From positions 1 to 36,110 of the forward strand of contig JAXLNO010000606.1 of the NCBI GenBank assembly GCA_038087875.1: DNA of 36,110 nt, written 5' to 3'. A program made the position numbers and the translations under genes. Positions 34,183 through 36,110 of the stretch are shown here, in pieces. Under the pieces are notes generated by a model. It did no database searches and was not told the origin of the DNA. It saw nothing but the letters and a program-made list of their open reading frames with translations. This DNA is from Malacoraja senta (taxonomy: Eukaryota). The stretch's first letter is position 1. Each line of letters starts with the position of its first letter.

Positions 34183-34447
34183 TGAGTGGTGAGTGTGGAA
34201 TTTTCTGTCTCAGAGGGCGGTGGAGGCAGGTTCTCTGGATGCTTTCAAAAGAGAGTAGATAGGGCTCTTAAAGATAGCGGAGTCAGGGGATTCAATTCAA
34301 TTTATTTGTCTTTTGGACACATTTATTTGTCTTTTGGACAAATATGGGGAGAAGGCAGGAACGGGGTACTGATTGGGGATGATCAGGCATGATCACAGTG
34401 AATGCGGTGCTGGCTCGAGGGGCCGAATGGCCTCCTCCTGCACCTGT
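34183..34447 (+). mobile_element. CR1/HER1-type LINE 3' fragment with a 50-bp internal insertion
   Basis: Colinear with 790-996 (GTGGAATT..CAGAGGGCGGTGGAGGC..ATATGGGGAGAAGGCAGG..GGGCCGAATGGCCT). Confidence 0.8.
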
Positions 34448-34928
34448 TGTCTACTGAACTCACTGTGGAATGAATCCATTAACGGAGCCACTCTGCTGCC
34501 GGATTCCATGTTGTCCCTGCCTTCCCTCTGGAAGCCTCCCTCCTCGTCCCCATCAGATGCCGAGTTCCCAGAGCCCTGGTTAAACGCGGCCGGCCGCTCA
34601 CGGGTAAGTCTGTGAAAGCGGCCCCATCACAGACTGTGAGCAGCAGCAGGGTTCACTATAGAAAGGACCATTACGCCTATTGTAGCGGGTGGGTGGCTAC
34701 TCGTTCCCTCCCCGCCCTTTACCCCGCCCGCCCGTCGCCTTATCTCTTCTCCCCTGAAGCAGGCAGGCAGGTCGGGCAGAGTCGGAGCCGGCTCTGACAT
34801 TGTTCAACTTGCAGCAGCCGCGCACCGACTCCAACACTCCTGATCTTGAGCTGAAAGTTGAGCCGGTGTTCAGCCCCAGAGACCGTGTTGGGTAAATGCC
34901 CAGTGTCCGTTCCCTTGTCTTTCCGCAG

Positions 34929-35834
34929 TGAATTTAGTGGCGATTGTGATCCTGTCCCGGGGAAAGTGTGGCCTCTCCACCTGCACCACTCGCTACCTGG
35001 TGGCCATGGCAGCGGCCGATCTACTGGTCCTCATCACCGAGGTCATTTTGTATTGGATCAAATATCATTGCTTTTATTGGAGTTTCCTGTCCCTCACCCC
35101 TGTGTGTAGTGTCAACCGTGTACTGATGTCTGCAGCTACAGACTGTTCTGTCTGGTTCACCGTCACTTTCACCTTTGATCGCTTTGTCGCCATTTGTTGC
35201 CAGAAGCTGAAAACTAAATATTGCGGCGGGAAAACAGCGGCTGTGGTTCTGGCAACAACCGGCGTTCTGCTCTGTATGAAAAATGTTCCCGCTACTTCAC
35301 ACAGGAACCCAGATATATCATCGATAATGTCCCGTGGGGCTGTGGCACGGTGGACAGTTATTTCACTCACCCGGGTGGGTGGCATATGACTGGTTCGACA
35401 CGGTTTTAACTCCGTTCCTCCCTTTCGCTGTAATCCTGCTGCTCAACGCTCTGACAGTCCGCCACATTTTAGTGGCCAGTCGGGTCCGTAAGGGGCTGAG
35501 GGGTGAGAGCAAGGGGGAGAACAGCAGTGACCCGGAGATGGAGAGCAGGAGGAGGTCTGTGATTTTACTCTTCACCATCTCCGGCAGCTTCATCCTCCTG
35601 TGGCTGACGTTTGTTGTAAACTTCGTCTATTATCAGATCACAGGAACTGGATCTGATGGGAATGATTCTCAATGGATCTTTAACGACGTCGGGATGTTGC
35701 TGAAGAATCTCAGCTGCTGCACCAACACATTTATTTACGCGGTGACCCAGTCCAAGTTCAGGGAGCAGCTGAAGAGCGCGGTGAAATATCCGCTCACCTC
35801 AGTGTTTCGGGTCATTAATAATTCCCCGCCCTGA
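34929..35834 (+). CDS. GPR139-like (GPR139/GPR142 family) class A GPCR, coding exon 2; two -1 frameshifts (pseudogene or sequencing error)
   Basis: Three overlapping ORFs (34928, 35221, 35334) stitch into TM1-TM7: NLVAIVILSR, YLVAMAAADLLVL, CSVWFTVTFTFDRFVAIC, WFDTVLTPFLPFAVILLLN, LLFTISGSFILLW, LSCCTNTFIY. Frame changes at 35288-35290 (CCC) and 35370-35375 (CCCGGG). Repaired length is 327 aa including exon 1. Confidence 0.88.
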
Positions 35835-35896
35835 GCGCATCCATCCCAGAGGCGGGCGGGCGCAGTCTCTCCGCTCCACGCTCCCCCACCCCCCGG

Positions 35897-36067
35897 CAAC
35901 AGGTGACGTCACGATGGGGTGCGGCAGCCAATCAGAATGGATCTTCCGCTTCCCCTTCGGCCAATCAGTAGCCCCCTTCCATCCCCCTACAACAGATGAT
36001 GCTGTATGGGGGGTACACAGCGACCAATCAGAGGTCCCTCACTTCCCCTTAGCAACAGGTGATGTCA
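35897..36067 (+). promoter_or_regulatory. Cluster of CCAAT boxes and E-box/CRE motifs in a degenerate repeat
   Basis: CCAATCAG at 35928, 35961 and 36024. CAACAGRTGA at 35897, 35990 and 36053. TGACGTCA at 35904. Confidence 0.35.
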
Positions 36068-36110
36068 GAGGACCTGTTCTGGAAACTGGTGCAAGATCAG
36101 GATCTAGAAC

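Overview
Eukaryotic, repeat-rich genomic DNA, most likely from a cartilaginous fish (inferred from HER1/CR1-type LINE tails and a two-exon GPR139-like receptor). About 70% of the window (3776-29046) is one strand-asymmetric satellite of 21-25 bp monomers (GAAAATGCAAAAGGTGGTTTGCTTT / GAAAATGCAAATGGTGGTTTGGTTT). Its minus strand has no stop codons, which explains nearly all ORFs in the track. The array begins exactly at an ACTAG that resembles a Helitron 3' end. It contains a non-autonomous retro-insert (8676-9551) and one dismembered L2/Crack-type LINE: the 5' half lies at 21914-23971 and the 3' end occurs three times inside a ~3.94 kb tandem block, with a TGGTTT target-site duplication still visible. 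To the right are mini/microsatellites and a canonical Helitron 3' terminus (30842-30869). The only host gene is a GPR139-like class A GPCR (exon 1 32430-32505, exon 2 34929-35834) with two -1 homopolymer frameshifts. Its intron holds two palindromic elements with hammerhead-ribozyme-like cores.
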